The notes under the pieces are model-generated. The model saw only the letters and a list, made by a program, of their open reading frames with translations. It did no database searches and was not told the origin of the DNA. The position numbers and the translations under genes were made by a program. From NCBI GenBank assembly GCA_964639965.1, contig CAZXGI010000006.1:1554-65553 (forward strand): DNA of 64,000 nucleotides, written 5' to 3'. Source of the stretch: an uncultured Rhodospirillaceae bacterium. Its GTDB lineage: Bacteria; Pseudomonadota; Alphaproteobacteria; Rhodospirillales; UBA2165. Positions 55,070 to 64,000 of this stretch are shown here, in pieces. Each line of letters opens with the position of its first letter. Within the stretch, counting starts at the first letter, position 1.

Positions 55070-58000
55070 ATACGTTCCCCTGAATCATTTCTCTTTAATT
55101 GGGCTATAAGCTCTCCCACCCTATTTGATCGCGGGTGCCATACCCCTCTTTCTATTGCTTCTTCAAAACGTTCAACAATCTCAAGCAAAGCTGGAGTATT
55201 ATGCTCTTCTATAAATCTACGTACGTCCTGATTCAATATATAAGCATCAAAAAGCTGATCAAAATGATGATGTCCAACGACTTGGGATGTTACGGCAAAA
55301 GAAAATAGATAATCAACAGTTGCTGCCATCTCGAAAGCTCCCTTATAACCATGCCTCATAACGCCTTCAATCCACTTTGGATTAGCTGCTCTTGCTCGAA
55401 CTACACGACCAATTTCTTCTTCGAGAGTCCTAATTTTTGGAATATCTGGTCTTGAATGGTCGTTATGATATATGGTTGGCTGTTGACCAGAAAGCTCGCG
55501 GACAGCTGCCGTTATACCCCCCTCGAATTGATAGTAATCATCACTATCTAGAATATCGTGTTCACGATTATCTTGATTATGAACAACGACTTCCACACCT
55601 TTGAGCCGAGCCTCGAACAAATCTTCCTCAGCTGTTCCTTCAGCACCGTTACCGTAGACATAGCTACCCCAAGCAACATAAACGCGCTTAAGATCTTCAT
55701 CACTTTCCCAACAACGTTCATCGATTAAGGTTTGTAGACCTGCACCATACGCTCCTGGTTTAGAGCCAAATATACGAAAACTTGCGCGCCGTAGTGCATC
55801 ATCTACACCTGAACCGGCTGCAATCAATAATGCTGAATCTTTTTTTGTTTGGGCGGCTAAGGGGTTATCATATTCTGATTCGTCTTGGGTGGCGACCGCG
55901 CGTATGGCCGAATCTAATAAGTCGACCTGTGCCGGGAATGCATCACGAAAGAACCCCGAAATTCTAAATGTAATATCTACACGCGGCCGTCCTAGAACCG
56001 TCAAGGGCATTACTTCAAACCCTGTAATACGATTAGCTTGCTTATCCCAAACTGGCTGGACACCTATCAGAGCTAATGCTTGAGCGATATCATCACCACC
56101 AGTGCGCATATTAGCAGTACCCCAAGCGCTAATAGCCATACGCCGCGGATATTCGCCATTCTCCTGAAAGTGGCGCTCAATCAATAACGAAGCGGATTTC
56201 CAACCAAGCTTCCATGCCGACGGTGTAGGAATAGCTCGAACGTCAACAGAAAAGAAATTCTTACCTGTTGGCAAAACATCTAAACGTCCTCGAGTTGGCG
56301 CCCCGCTACTTCCCGGTTCCACAAAACAACCTGCCAACCCTCTAATCAACCCAGATAATTCTTTTTCACCACAATTAGAAACAATTGGATCCAGCGTTTG
56401 TTGAATGAATTTAACTACTGCATTTGTCTTGCTCCAGTACCGTTTTGGATTAACGTCCCCGATTAGAATATCTTTTGCCAACATTTCGAGACGTTCTACA
56501 GTATCACCATTGCTACGCCATACGTCACCATAGCATTCTAGTTCTTTCGGTTTAGTTCCTAACCAGACGTCACCCATTTCACAATCAAGTGGATCAAAAT
56601 TATTAAACTTTAAATCTTCAGATAGAGCACGAATAAGCGATTCCGCCGAACCTCTGCCATCTCCACGCGGCAACCTAGTGAGTGCAATAATAAGATCAGT
56701 CTTTTGAGCGCCAACTGGCGATTCTCCAAAAATATGAAGGCCATCTCTAATCTGCATTTCCTTTAGCTCGCAGAGATAGTTATCTATCTTCGCCAATGCC
56801 ACATCTTCAACATCCGAGTGTTTAATCCCAATATCTTTATCAAGACCGATATCTCGACTGAGAATAAGAATTTCTTCAGCTAGCATTTTGAGCCTCCGCG
56901 GATCCATACCCGTAGCTTGATAATACTCATCAATTAACTGCTCCAAGTCTTGCAAAGGTCCATAGCTTTCCGCGCGAGTTAGAGGAGGAGTTAAATGATC
57001 AACAATGATTGCACCTGACCTCCGCTTCGCCTGCGTACCTTCACCTGGATCATTGACAATAAAAGGATAAAGATGGGGTAATGGCCCCAAAGCTATTTCT
57101 GGGTAGCAGGTTTGATCCAACACTATAGCCTTTCCTGGCAACCATTCGAGGTTCCCATGCTTACCAAAATGAACTATCGCATGAACTTTCATTTTATCAC
57201 GCAACCAAGCATAAAAAGCCAGATAACCATGTGGTGGTACTAAATCAGGATCGTGATAGGATGATGTAGGGTCAATATTATAACCACGCGCCGGCTGAAC
57301 AGCTAAAATAACGTTACCAAAAATATGTGTGGGCAAGATAAAGTTACCTTCTGAATAAAAAGGATCAGTCTGAGGTTCACCCCAACGTTCCATTATTTCG
57401 TTCTTTATTAGTTGTGGTAACCGTTTAAAAAATTTTTGGTAATCAACTATAGAGAACAACTCGCCACCGGTTCGCTTATCCGAAGCATTTGTTGGCCCTC
57501 CTAGAAATCTATCCATTATCTCTCTGCTTGTTAATGGCACATTTTCGCCAAGTAAATAGCCTTCCTTCATCAGGCGTTTAAGAGTGACTGCAATGCTAGC
57601 TGAAGTATCGAGGCCTACACCATTGCCCAGCCGACCATCTTTATTTGGATAATTCGCCACAACTATAGCTAAACGCTTGTCGGCTGCTTTGGCTGAGCGC
57701 AAGCGTGCCCATGAAGCAGCTAGCGCCACAACAAAATCTACGCGTGATTTTACCGCCTCATGTTTTATAACGGCAACCTCCGTTAATTCGTCAAATTCTT
57801 TCTGATTTTTAAACGAGATTGCTCGTGTAATAAGACGCCCATCGACCTCTGGGAGGGCAACGTTCATCGCAAGATCTTTTGGTGACAGACCGCGAGCGCC
57901 TTCCTGCCAGTCATCAAACGTTCCCCCCGATAATATAACTTGAAAAACAGGGCAATCAGCCTCTGAAAAGGGGGTTTTTAAAGTGTTACCCCCTGGCGAC

Positions 58001-58806
58001 GATACAGCAAAACCTGTGCAATTTAAAATAACAGCGGGGTAAGTTCTTTCGATAAACCCTTTAACTATCTCAGCAGAAATAGGATCTTTCAAACTTCCAA
58101 CAAATATGGGAAGAGGATTGATATTTTTGGTCTGAAGACATTCGATTAATAAATTAATGGGGTCAAGATCAGAAGTTTGTAGCAACGAACGATAGAAAAT
58201 GACTGCAACCACCGGCGAACCGTTGACCCATTTTTCACTAATCTGCTCTAAATTTGGATTAGTAAATGATGGCCAATAAATACCGGAAGGCAATAAAGAT
58301 ACTGGTTCACGCCAATCCATTTCTCTGCCAATTAACCAACTTGAATAATATAACAGGTTAAGAATATTATCCGGCCCGCTCTGAACACAATATTGCCAAA
58401 TACGATGACAGACCTCAGGCTCTAATGTGGATTGATCTGTTAATTCGGGATCGGGAGTGGCATCTCCCGGTACAACAACAAATTTGATGCCATTTTCAAT
58501 ACAAGCTATCTTAATTTGCTCAATTCCATAGGGCCAATAACCAAGACCCCCAAGCAATCGAACAATTACCAATTTAGCCCCGACGATTGTATTTTCTATA
58601 TATAAATCTACCGACATGTTATGCCCGAGCTGCATTAAATTAGCTAGCCTGAGGGTTGGAAAATCGTGGCTTCGGTGTTCCTCTGCTAATATTGCCAAGT
58701 CACTAGCGGCTGATGACAAAAATACTATATCCCCAGGCGACTGACCAAGGTCTACTGCTTGACCACCATCATTGATTTCTCCCGGCTGGGTGACGAGCAG
58801 ATGCAT
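55066..58806 (-). CDS. cobN: Cobaltochelatase large subunit CobN
   Basis: 1246 aa, with CobN/Mg-chelatase H family length and conservation. It is flanked by cobW and cobO with 8-nt and 4-nt junctions. Confidence 0.9.
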   Translation of the reverse strand: MHLLVTQPGEINDGGQAVDLGQSPGDIVFLSSAASDLAILAEEHRSHDFPTLRLANLMQLGHNMSVDLYIENTIVGAKLVIVRLLGGLGYWPYGIEQIKIACIENGIKFVVVPGDATPDPELTDQSTLEPEVCHRIWQYCVQSGPDNILNLLYYSSWLIGREMDWREPVSLLPSGIYWPSFTNPNLEQISEKWVNGSPVVAVIFYRSLLQTSDLDPINLLIECLQTKNINPLPIFVGSLKDPISAEIVKGFIERTYPAVILNCTGFAVSSPGGNTLKTPFSEADCPVFQVILSGGTFDDWQEGARGLSPKDLAMNVALPEVDGRLITRAISFKNQKEFDELTEVAVIKHEAVKSRVDFVVALAASWARLRSAKAADKRLAIVVANYPNKDGRLGNGVGLDTSASIAVTLKRLMKEGYLLGENVPLTSREIMDRFLGGPTNASDKRTGGELFSIVDYQKFFKRLPQLIKNEIMERWGEPQTDPFYSEGNFILPTHIFGNVILAVQPARGYNIDPTSSYHDPDLVPPHGYLAFYAWLRDKMKVHAIVHFGKHGNLEWLPGKAIVLDQTCYPEIALGPLPHLYPFIVNDPGEGTQAKRRSGAIIVDHLTPPLTRAESYGPLQDLEQLIDEYYQATGMDPRRLKMLAEEILILSRDIGLDKDIGIKHSDVEDVALAKIDNYLCELKEMQIRDGLHIFGESPVGAQKTDLIIALTRLPRGDGRGSAESLIRALSEDLKFNNFDPLDCEMGDVWLGTKPKELECYGDVWRSNGDTVERLEMLAKDILIGDVNPKRYWSKTNAVVKFIQQTLDPIVSNCGEKELSGLIRGLAGCFVEPGSSGAPTRGRLDVLPTGKNFFSVDVRAIPTPSAWKLGWKSASLLIERHFQENGEYPRRMAISAWGTANMRTGGDDIAQALALIGVQPVWDKQANRITGFEVMPLTVLGRPRVDITFRISGFFRDAFPAQVDLLDSAIRAVATQDESEYDNPLAAQTKKDSALLIAAGSGVDDALRRASFRIFGSKPGAYGAGLQTLIDERCWESDEDLKRVYVAWGSYVYGNGAEGTAEEDLFEARLKGVEVVVHNQDNREHDILDSDDYYQFEGGITAAVRELSGQQPTIYHNDHSRPDIPKIRTLEEEIGRVVRARAANPKWIEGVMRHGYKGAFEMAATVDYLFSFAVTSQVVGHHHFDQLFDAYILNQDVRRFIEEHNTPALLEIVERFEEAIERGVWHPRSNRVGELIAQLKRNDSGERI

Positions 58807-58814
58807 ACTACCTC

Positions 58815-59849
58815 TTAGTTTTTAAGTATTGTTTCAACGATAGTGAAGTCAGAACCCTTTAATCCTATAACAACTAGTTGACTTCTTCGGCTTTCACTTG
58901 AGTTCCACGGTCTATCATAATACCAATCGACACGATCACCAACGCCCTGGATTACCAAACGGGCTTCCTTACCATTAACTTCAGCAACCCCTTTGATCCT
59001 CAGAACCCCCTCTTGATCAAGAGCCAATTTAACGCGATCAACAGTTTCAATGGGTAAACCTACTGGTGGAATAGTTACGGTAATTGTATCAAAATCATCA
59101 TGCTCGTGATCTTCTTCCTCATCGTGAAAGGAAGGCCGTGAATCAACATCATTTTCAACGGCCGCCCCTACACCCAATATTATTTGTGGATCTAGTTTAC
59201 CATTAACCACAGGGATAGCTTCTACAGGAGTTCGCGAGGTTTTATTTATTAGCGTTAGAACATCTTTTAAATTTTTTTCTTTGAGCATATCAGTTTTGCT
59301 GACGATGACCATATCTGCGCATGCTAACTGATCGTTGAACACTTCTTCTAATGGGTTCTCATGGTCTAACGATGGATCAGACTCTCGTTGTCTTCTAATT
59401 AAATCAGGGTCATTCGCAAATAATCCTGAGTATACAGCTGGACCATCAACAACAGTAATCACGCCATCGACCGTCGTCCGTGAGCGAATCTCAGGCCACT
59501 GAAAAGCCTTAATCAGGGGCTTGGGTAAGGCTAACCCCGAAGTCTCTATAACAATTTGATCTGGACGTTCTTTCCGATTTAACAACATTTCAAGGGTTGG
59601 TAAAAAATCATCGGCAACAGTACAACAGATACAACCGTTAGTCAGCTCCAAAACATCATCTTCGGAACAACTCTCATTATCACAACCTTTGAGGACATCA
59701 CCATCTATGCCAAGATCACCAAACTCATTAATGATTAGCGCAAGCTTCTTGTCGCTTGTATTCTCCAACATATGGCGGATCAAACTGGTTTTTCCCGCCC
59801 CTAAAAAGCCAGTTATTACAGTAACAGGTATCTTAGTCTTTAATATCAT
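58815..59849 (-). CDS. cobW: Cobalamin biosynthesis GTPase/cobalt chaperone CobW
   Basis: 344 aa. GFLGAGKTSL, NGCICCTV and an acidic/His-rich insert HDEEEDHEHDDFD. It sits directly upstream of cobN. Confidence 0.9.
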   Translation of the reverse strand: MILKTKIPVTVITGFLGAGKTSLIRHMLENTSDKKLALIINEFGDLGIDGDVLKGCDNESCSEDDVLELTNGCICCTVADDFLPTLEMLLNRKERPDQIVIETSGLALPKPLIKAFQWPEIRSRTTVDGVITVVDGPAVYSGLFANDPDLIRRQRESDPSLDHENPLEEVFNDQLACADMVIVSKTDMLKEKNLKDVLTLINKTSRTPVEAIPVVNGKLDPQIILGVGAAVENDVDSRPSFHDEEEDHEHDDFDTITVTIPPVGLPIETVDRVKLALDQEGVLRIKGVAEVNGKEARLVIQGVGDRVDWYYDRPWNSSESRRSQLVVIGLKGSDFTIVETILKN

Positions 59850-59858
59850 AATTATTAC

Positions 59859-60413
59859 CTATTTTAGTATTTGTGGAATCCCCGCCGTCACGAGAATAAC
59901 GCTATCAGAAACATCCGCAATTTTCTGATTCATTTTTCCTGCCCAATCTGCAAACTGCCGGGCTAAAGCATTTTCTGGTGTGATTCCGTGGCCAACCTCA
60001 TTCGACACCAAAACAACGGGGAAATCTATAACCCCAACCAAAGCACACAGATCATCTATTTCTGCCTCAACATTCTTATTAAGGAACATTATATTCGTTA
60101 ACCACAACGTCAAACAATCAACTAAAACAGGCTTCGGAAGACCTTTGAACGATAACAGTGTATGAACTAGTAATACGGGTTCCTCAACGGTTTGCCATAA
60201 GTCGCCGCGCCGTTCTTGATGAACTAAAATTCTAGAAGCCATTTCACTATCATGGGCTTCAGCCGTAGCAATATAAATACCCCCACCGATTTCTTCGATA
60301 AGCCGCTCAGCGAAGAGACTTTTACCCGAACGTTGTCCACCAAGAACTAACGTAAACCCTGACTGCTTTAAGTTTAAAGGCTCATTCATACCATCAGTAC
60401 CCATCAAAACCAA
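59859..60413 (-). CDS. cobU: Adenosylcobinamide kinase / adenosylcobinamide-phosphate guanylyltransferase
   Basis: 184-aa ORF with the P-loop LVLGGQRSGKSLFAE. The real start may be MNEPL (ATG 60389). Confidence 0.85.
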   Translation of the reverse strand: MVLMGTDGMNEPLNLKQSGFTLVLGGQRSGKSLFAERLIEEIGGGIYIATAEAHDSEMASRILVHQERRGDLWQTVEEPVLLVHTLLSFKGLPKPVLVDCLTLWLTNIMFLNKNVEAEIDDLCALVGVIDFPVVLVSNEVGHGITPENALARQFADWAGKMNQKIADVSDSVILVTAGIPQILK

Positions 60414-60606
60414 AATACCGCCTAAATATTTTTTTCATATGAATCCTAAATACTAACCCAATATTATAACAAAACTGCCAAGGACTTCAGCCTAAAATCA
60501 ATATATCAAAATAATCCAAGTTCAAATTATTCGGCTAAACCAACCTTATTATGATGTTGGAAAACCGACATGGCTAGCATTTAGGTATCTGAATATAAAA
60601 AATACA

Positions 60607-61188
60607 TTAGCGGTTTATACCGTGAACACACCAGGCTCTCAAATCACCTTCGGGAATATTCTCAATCTGGGTAATTGACAAATTATCCAATTGAAAAGTT
60701 AGAGCTGATTTAGCGAATAAATTCAGAGCCACCGTCAAAGCAGCACGAATTGTGCCAGCATGTGCGACCGCTATTATATCTCGGCCTTCATACTCTATCG
60801 AGAGTTCTTCAATGGTACGCGAAACACGATCCACCATTTGCACAAAACTTTCACCTCCAGGTGGTGCCTCAGTGGCAAAATTCATCCAGAATTTCCTAGT
60901 TTGGTTATCTCTAAGGTCTTGCCAACTTCTGCCATTCCAATCACCAAAATCTTGTTCCATCAATCCCTTTACTATACGACAATCGACGCCTCCAAGTGCC
61001 GCTGCTGTCTGGGTGGTCCTAGGTAAACCGCTCGTCAACCAGACCGCGTCTTTTGGCAGCATTGCCATCCGAGCCTTGATTACTTTTCGATCTTTAAGAT
61101 CAGCATCAACGTCATCTTGACCATGAATAATTCCGGGCAGTCCCGCAGATGGTGCATGCCGTACCCACCACCAGTGCGTTGAATTCAT
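60607..61188 (-). CDS. cobC: Histidine-phosphatase family protein, probable alpha-ribazole-5-phosphate phosphatase
   Basis: 193 aa. WWVRHAPS (RH motif) and VAHAGTIRA (second His). It overlaps cobS by 1 nt. Confidence 0.7.
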   Translation of the reverse strand: MNSTHWWWVRHAPSAGLPGIIHGQDDVDADLKDRKVIKARMAMLPKDAVWLTSGLPRTTQTAAALGGVDCRIVKGLMEQDFGDWNGRSWQDLRDNQTRKFWMNFATEAPPGGESFVQMVDRVSRTIEELSIEYEGRDIIAVAHAGTIRAALTVALNLFAKSALTFQLDNLSITQIENIPEGDLRAWCVHGINR

Positions 61189-62078
61189 TACATACCTGCC
61201 ATAATAATTGTTAATAATAATGAAATTTCTGTTATCTGCTGAGCGGCCCCTAAAACATCACCGGTTTGTCCTCCTATACGGGTAGCTACAAAATAAATGA
61301 AAAATCCAGCCACTAGCAACGAAACACCGAAAGCAAGAACAGTAAGTCTAAAACCCAGACAAAACAGCACCAAGCCTATGCCTATTAACAAAGCTGTAAT
61401 TGCACGATCAAAACTCGGCTTACCAGCGCCAGCGCTCAAACCATCTTCACGTGCAACGGGGACAAAATACATAATTACTGGCAGAGCCGCGCGCGAACCG
61501 GCTGCCACCGCAATCAACGTTGTAAATATATAACTAAACCCTAGTTCTGCAATTTCTGTATATGCTGTCCAACGCAAACCAAAGCTAAAAAGCAAAGCCA
61601 TTACACCATAGCTTCCTATTTGACTATCCCTCATAATTTTTAGTTTCTGATCTCGCGTTATCCCCCCCCCAAGACCATCAAAAGTATCTGCTAATCCATC
61701 CTCGTGGAGTGCGCCGGTTAAAAGAGTGATAGTGAGCAAAGCAAATAGCGCCAATAGGACCGGCGAGAAGCCAAACCAACCAGCAATCCACAAAACTACG
61801 GATGCTAACAAACCAATAAATGCTCCAACAATAGGAAAAAATCTCGAAGCTTCAGAAATCGAAAATTCGTTAGGAGAAATACCTAAATAGAATGGGATCC
61901 GCGTTAACACACAGAAACAAATCTTTAAGTCAGAAAACCAACCTTGTTTGTTTACGTTAGATTTTAATCTTTCTAACAAACCGAGAGTATTCTTTGATTC
62001 TTTATCAAGAACTGTCTCTTTTAATTTATTCTCATCAATATTCTCCGGCTTCCTAATATTTTCTTCTTTCTTGTCCAA
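61188..62078 (-). CDS. cobS: Adenosylcobinamide-GDP ribazoletransferase (cobalamin synthase)
   Basis: 296-aa membrane protein with VLTRIPF and HEDGLADTFDG motifs. It carries an unusual Lys/Glu-rich extension of about 45 aa at the N-terminus. Confidence 0.85.
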   Translation of the reverse strand: MDKKEENIRKPENIDENKLKETVLDKESKNTLGLLERLKSNVNKQGWFSDLKICFCVLTRIPFYLGISPNEFSISEASRFFPIVGAFIGLLASVVLWIAGWFGFSPVLLALFALLTITLLTGALHEDGLADTFDGLGGGITRDQKLKIMRDSQIGSYGVMALLFSFGLRWTAYTEIAELGFSYIFTTLIAVAAGSRAALPVIMYFVPVAREDGLSAGAGKPSFDRAITALLIGIGLVLFCLGFRLTVLAFGVSLLVAGFFIYFVATRIGGQTGDVLGAAQQITEISLLLTIIMAGM

Positions 62079-62188
62079 AATAAGTCCTTTAAAAAATTGC
62101 TTTCGAAGATGCCAACGAAGTTATATGACACGATATAATTCTAGTTTATCATACTCAAACAATTTTCTACGTACGATGGGAGTACGCA

Positions 62189-63211
62189 ATGAAAAAAAAA
62201 CCGGTGACAACACTAAATTCGGTCAGAGAATTAATTCACAACTTTTGGGGGCCGGATGAAGAAGCTATGGCTGCTGCTCGAGCAAGAGAGCCTAAGCTTA
62301 CCAAACCAAAAGGCTCCCTAGGTCGATTAGAGGAAATTTCTGAGTGGCTAGCCGGATGGCAAGGTAAACACCCAGCACAAATCAACTTGCCAAGGGTCAT
62401 TATATTTGCTGGCTCGCACGGTATAACATCACAAAATGTCTCTGCTTTCCCAACAGAAGTAAATCGACAAATGATCGCTAATTTTCAAGGCGGAGGCGCT
62501 GCTATAAACCAACTTTGCAAAGTGTTCGATGTTGAATTAAAAATAATGGAAACAGCCCTTGAAATTCCAACCCGTGATTTCTCTCGCGAGCCTGCAATGG
62601 ATGACAGTGATTGTGCTGAAGCCATAGCTTTTGGTATGTCTGGACCAGATATAGGAATAGATGTTTTGTGTATCGGGGAAATGGGTATAGGCAATACAAC
62701 AGCATCAGCGGCAATTTGCCATGCACTATATGGTGGTAAAGCTAGTGACTGGGCGGGACCCGGCACCGGTGTGACCGGCAAAGAACTTGAGAACAAGATA
62801 AGAATCGTAAAAGAAAGTGTCATACTACACAAAGCTGTCCTAACAGATAGCCTCGAAATATTGCGTTGCTTCGGAGGCCGTGAAATGGCCGCGATTTGCG
62901 GCGCAATTATAACTGCGCGCCTATCAAGAATTCCTGTTTTGTTAGATGGCTACGTTGTTTGTTCTGCGGCTGCTGTTTTACATTCCATAGATTCTAATGC
63001 ATTAGACCACTGTTTGGTTGCACATGTCTCTGCAGAACCGGGTCACAAACATCTACTTGAAGAAATCAATAAAATACCACTATTTGATTTAGGTATGAGG
63101 CTTGGTGAAGGATCCGGAGCTGCTTTAGCCATAGGAATATTAAGAAGTGCAGTCGCCTGTCATAGTGGTATGGCAACCTTCGAGGAAGCCGCCGTAAATA
63201 ATAAAATTTAA
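62189..63211 (+). CDS. cobT: Nicotinate-nucleotide--dimethylbenzimidazole phosphoribosyltransferase
   Basis: 340 aa. GSLGRLEE, IGEMGIGNTT and LGEGSGAA motifs. Confidence 0.9.
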   Translation: MKKKPVTTLNSVRELIHNFWGPDEEAMAAARAREPKLTKPKGSLGRLEEISEWLAGWQGKHPAQINLPRVIIFAGSHGITSQNVSAFPTEVNRQMIANFQGGGAAINQLCKVFDVELKIMETALEIPTRDFSREPAMDDSDCAEAIAFGMSGPDIGIDVLCIGEMGIGNTTASAAICHALYGGKASDWAGPGTGVTGKELENKIRIVKESVILHKAVLTDSLEILRCFGGREMAAICGAIITARLSRIPVLLDGYVVCSAAAVLHSIDSNALDHCLVAHVSAEPGHKHLLEEINKIPLFDLGMRLGEGSGAALAIGILRSAVACHSGMATFEEAAVNNKI

Positions 63212-63223
63212 TTTGTCTATCGG

Positions 63224-64000
63224 TTAATTTTCTTGGGTCCTTGAATAGCTTCCAAAATTCTCAATTAAGAATTTATCAAATAAGCAGGCTGCAACAATGC
63301 CCATAACTACCCACATAACAGCTGAAGAAAATAAAGAAATCACAGCAAAATGTGCTGCCAACTCAGGGGGCGAAGCGCCAATCGCTCCTGCTTCTGGAAC
63401 AGGCGCACCTAATGCGTGGGGGGCTATCAATAATAAAAGACCAACTGCCCGCCAAACATTTGAACTACAAAAAACTAGAACTGACAAGCCGGCAACACTT
63501 AATACTGCTATTCCAAGCCACCAAATTTGACGAGCCAGCAAATCACCCGCAACTGAACCGGGCAATTCAGGAGGCAGCCCTAATGCTGGCAAAAATGAAA
63601 AACAAGCAAAACCTGCTAGACCCCAGAGCATACCATTAAGAAAGGTGATTGAACCTCCATAAAAAATAAAACCGGATACCAACAAAAAAGAAAAAGCTAT
63701 AGCCGTAAGAATATTTGCAGCCAAAGTATACAAAGAACGCTCAATACCCTCTTGAGGGGACCAAACAAGATCACTATGCGAATGCGCCCCTTGGAAATTA
63801 TTGACTGCATTTATTGACGCCGAACCAGCATGCGCTGTTTTAACATTGGGATGCACGTGTGCTGTACCTTCAGCATGGATATGGAAATTTTTTTCGTGAA
63901 GATGTGGAACGTTTCCTCCGGCATGGTTATGAGTTAACCCCGTTTGATGAACATGCCTGACAATAACCGAAGGTGAATTTGCAAGTTTTTCATAGTTCTC
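63224..64000 (-). CDS. cbtA: Predicted cobalt transporter subunit CbtA (5' end outside the window)
   Basis: Multi-TM protein with His-rich segments. The reading frame stays open upstream of the ORF-track GTG (63856) to the window edge (..HVHQTGLTHNHAGGNVPHLHEKNFHIHAEGTAHV..), so the gene is truncated by the window. Confidence 0.65.
   Translation of the reverse strand, partial: ENYEKLANSPSVIVRHVHQTGLTHNHAGGNVPHLHEKNFHIHAEGTAHVHPNVKTAHAGSASINAVNNFQGAHSHSDLVWSPQEGIERSLYTLAANILTAIAFSFLLVSGFIFYGGSITFLNGMLWGLAGFACFSFLPALGLPPELPGSVAGDLLARQIWWLGIAVLSVAGLSVLVFCSSNVWRAVGLLLLIAPHALGAPVPEAGAIGASPPELAAHFAVISLFSSAVMWVVMGIVAACLFDKFLIENFGSYSRTQEN

Noticed and set aside
60414-60606. Classical cobalamin riboswitch expected upstream of cobU-cobW-cobN.
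   Set aside because: Reading both strands, I could not find the GCCACTG core or a B12 box. It is reported only as an unexplained spacer, not as a riboswitch.
62170-62186. Hairpin CGTAC-GATGGGA-GTACG overlapping the cobT ribosome-binding site (GGGAG), a possible translational control element.
   Set aside because: The stem is only 5 bp and the sequence contains the self-complementary CGTACG, so it is easily a chance occurrence.

Overview
This is a 64-kb, almost gap-free coding window with 57 protein genes. I see no rRNA or tRNA, no CRISPR array, and no transposase, integrase or phage genes. Synteny (hflK-hflC-DUF2065-degP, miaA-ilvI-ilvH-ilvC), three-component TRAP transporters and the cob/cbi gene set suggest a moderately AT-rich, probably marine, alphaproteobacterial chromosome; this is inference only. 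The window falls into three blocks. (A) 1-25.0 kb is an accessory catabolic region with two TRAP transporters and no transcription factor. It holds a tightly coupled 7-gene operon (LeuCD-like hydratase, isocitrate-lyase/PEP-mutase-family lyase, HyuB/HyuA, two isochorismatase-family hydrolases). A second module carries a TPP enzyme, an amidohydrolase_2, a CoA ligase, an FAD monooxygenase, a maleate-isomerase-like protein and a short cytoplasmic RdhA/QueG-like corrinoid/Fe-S protein. (B) 25.0-38.3 kb is housekeeping (ilvC, ilvH, ilvI, miaA, DUF1015, degP-like, DUF2065, hflC, hflK, mrp), interrupted by a gentisate-dioxygenase-like cupin plus a luciferase-like oxidoreductase. (C) 38.4-64.0 kb is a cobalamin supercluster of about 21 genes. 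It mixes early-cobalt-insertion hallmarks (cbiX, cbiG, cbiD) with late-insertion ones (cobN, cobW), and shows no cobG, cobZ or cobF in the window. The best candidates for something undescribed are the 6.8-14.6 kb operon (a possible cyclic amide/imide to pyruvate route), the RdhA-like protein with its single-Cys racemase-superfamily partner, and the hybrid B12 pathway architecture. All functional calls come from reading motifs in the supplied translations by eye. No database search, HMM or covariance model could be run, so family assignments are fairly safe but substrate-level statements are hypotheses.
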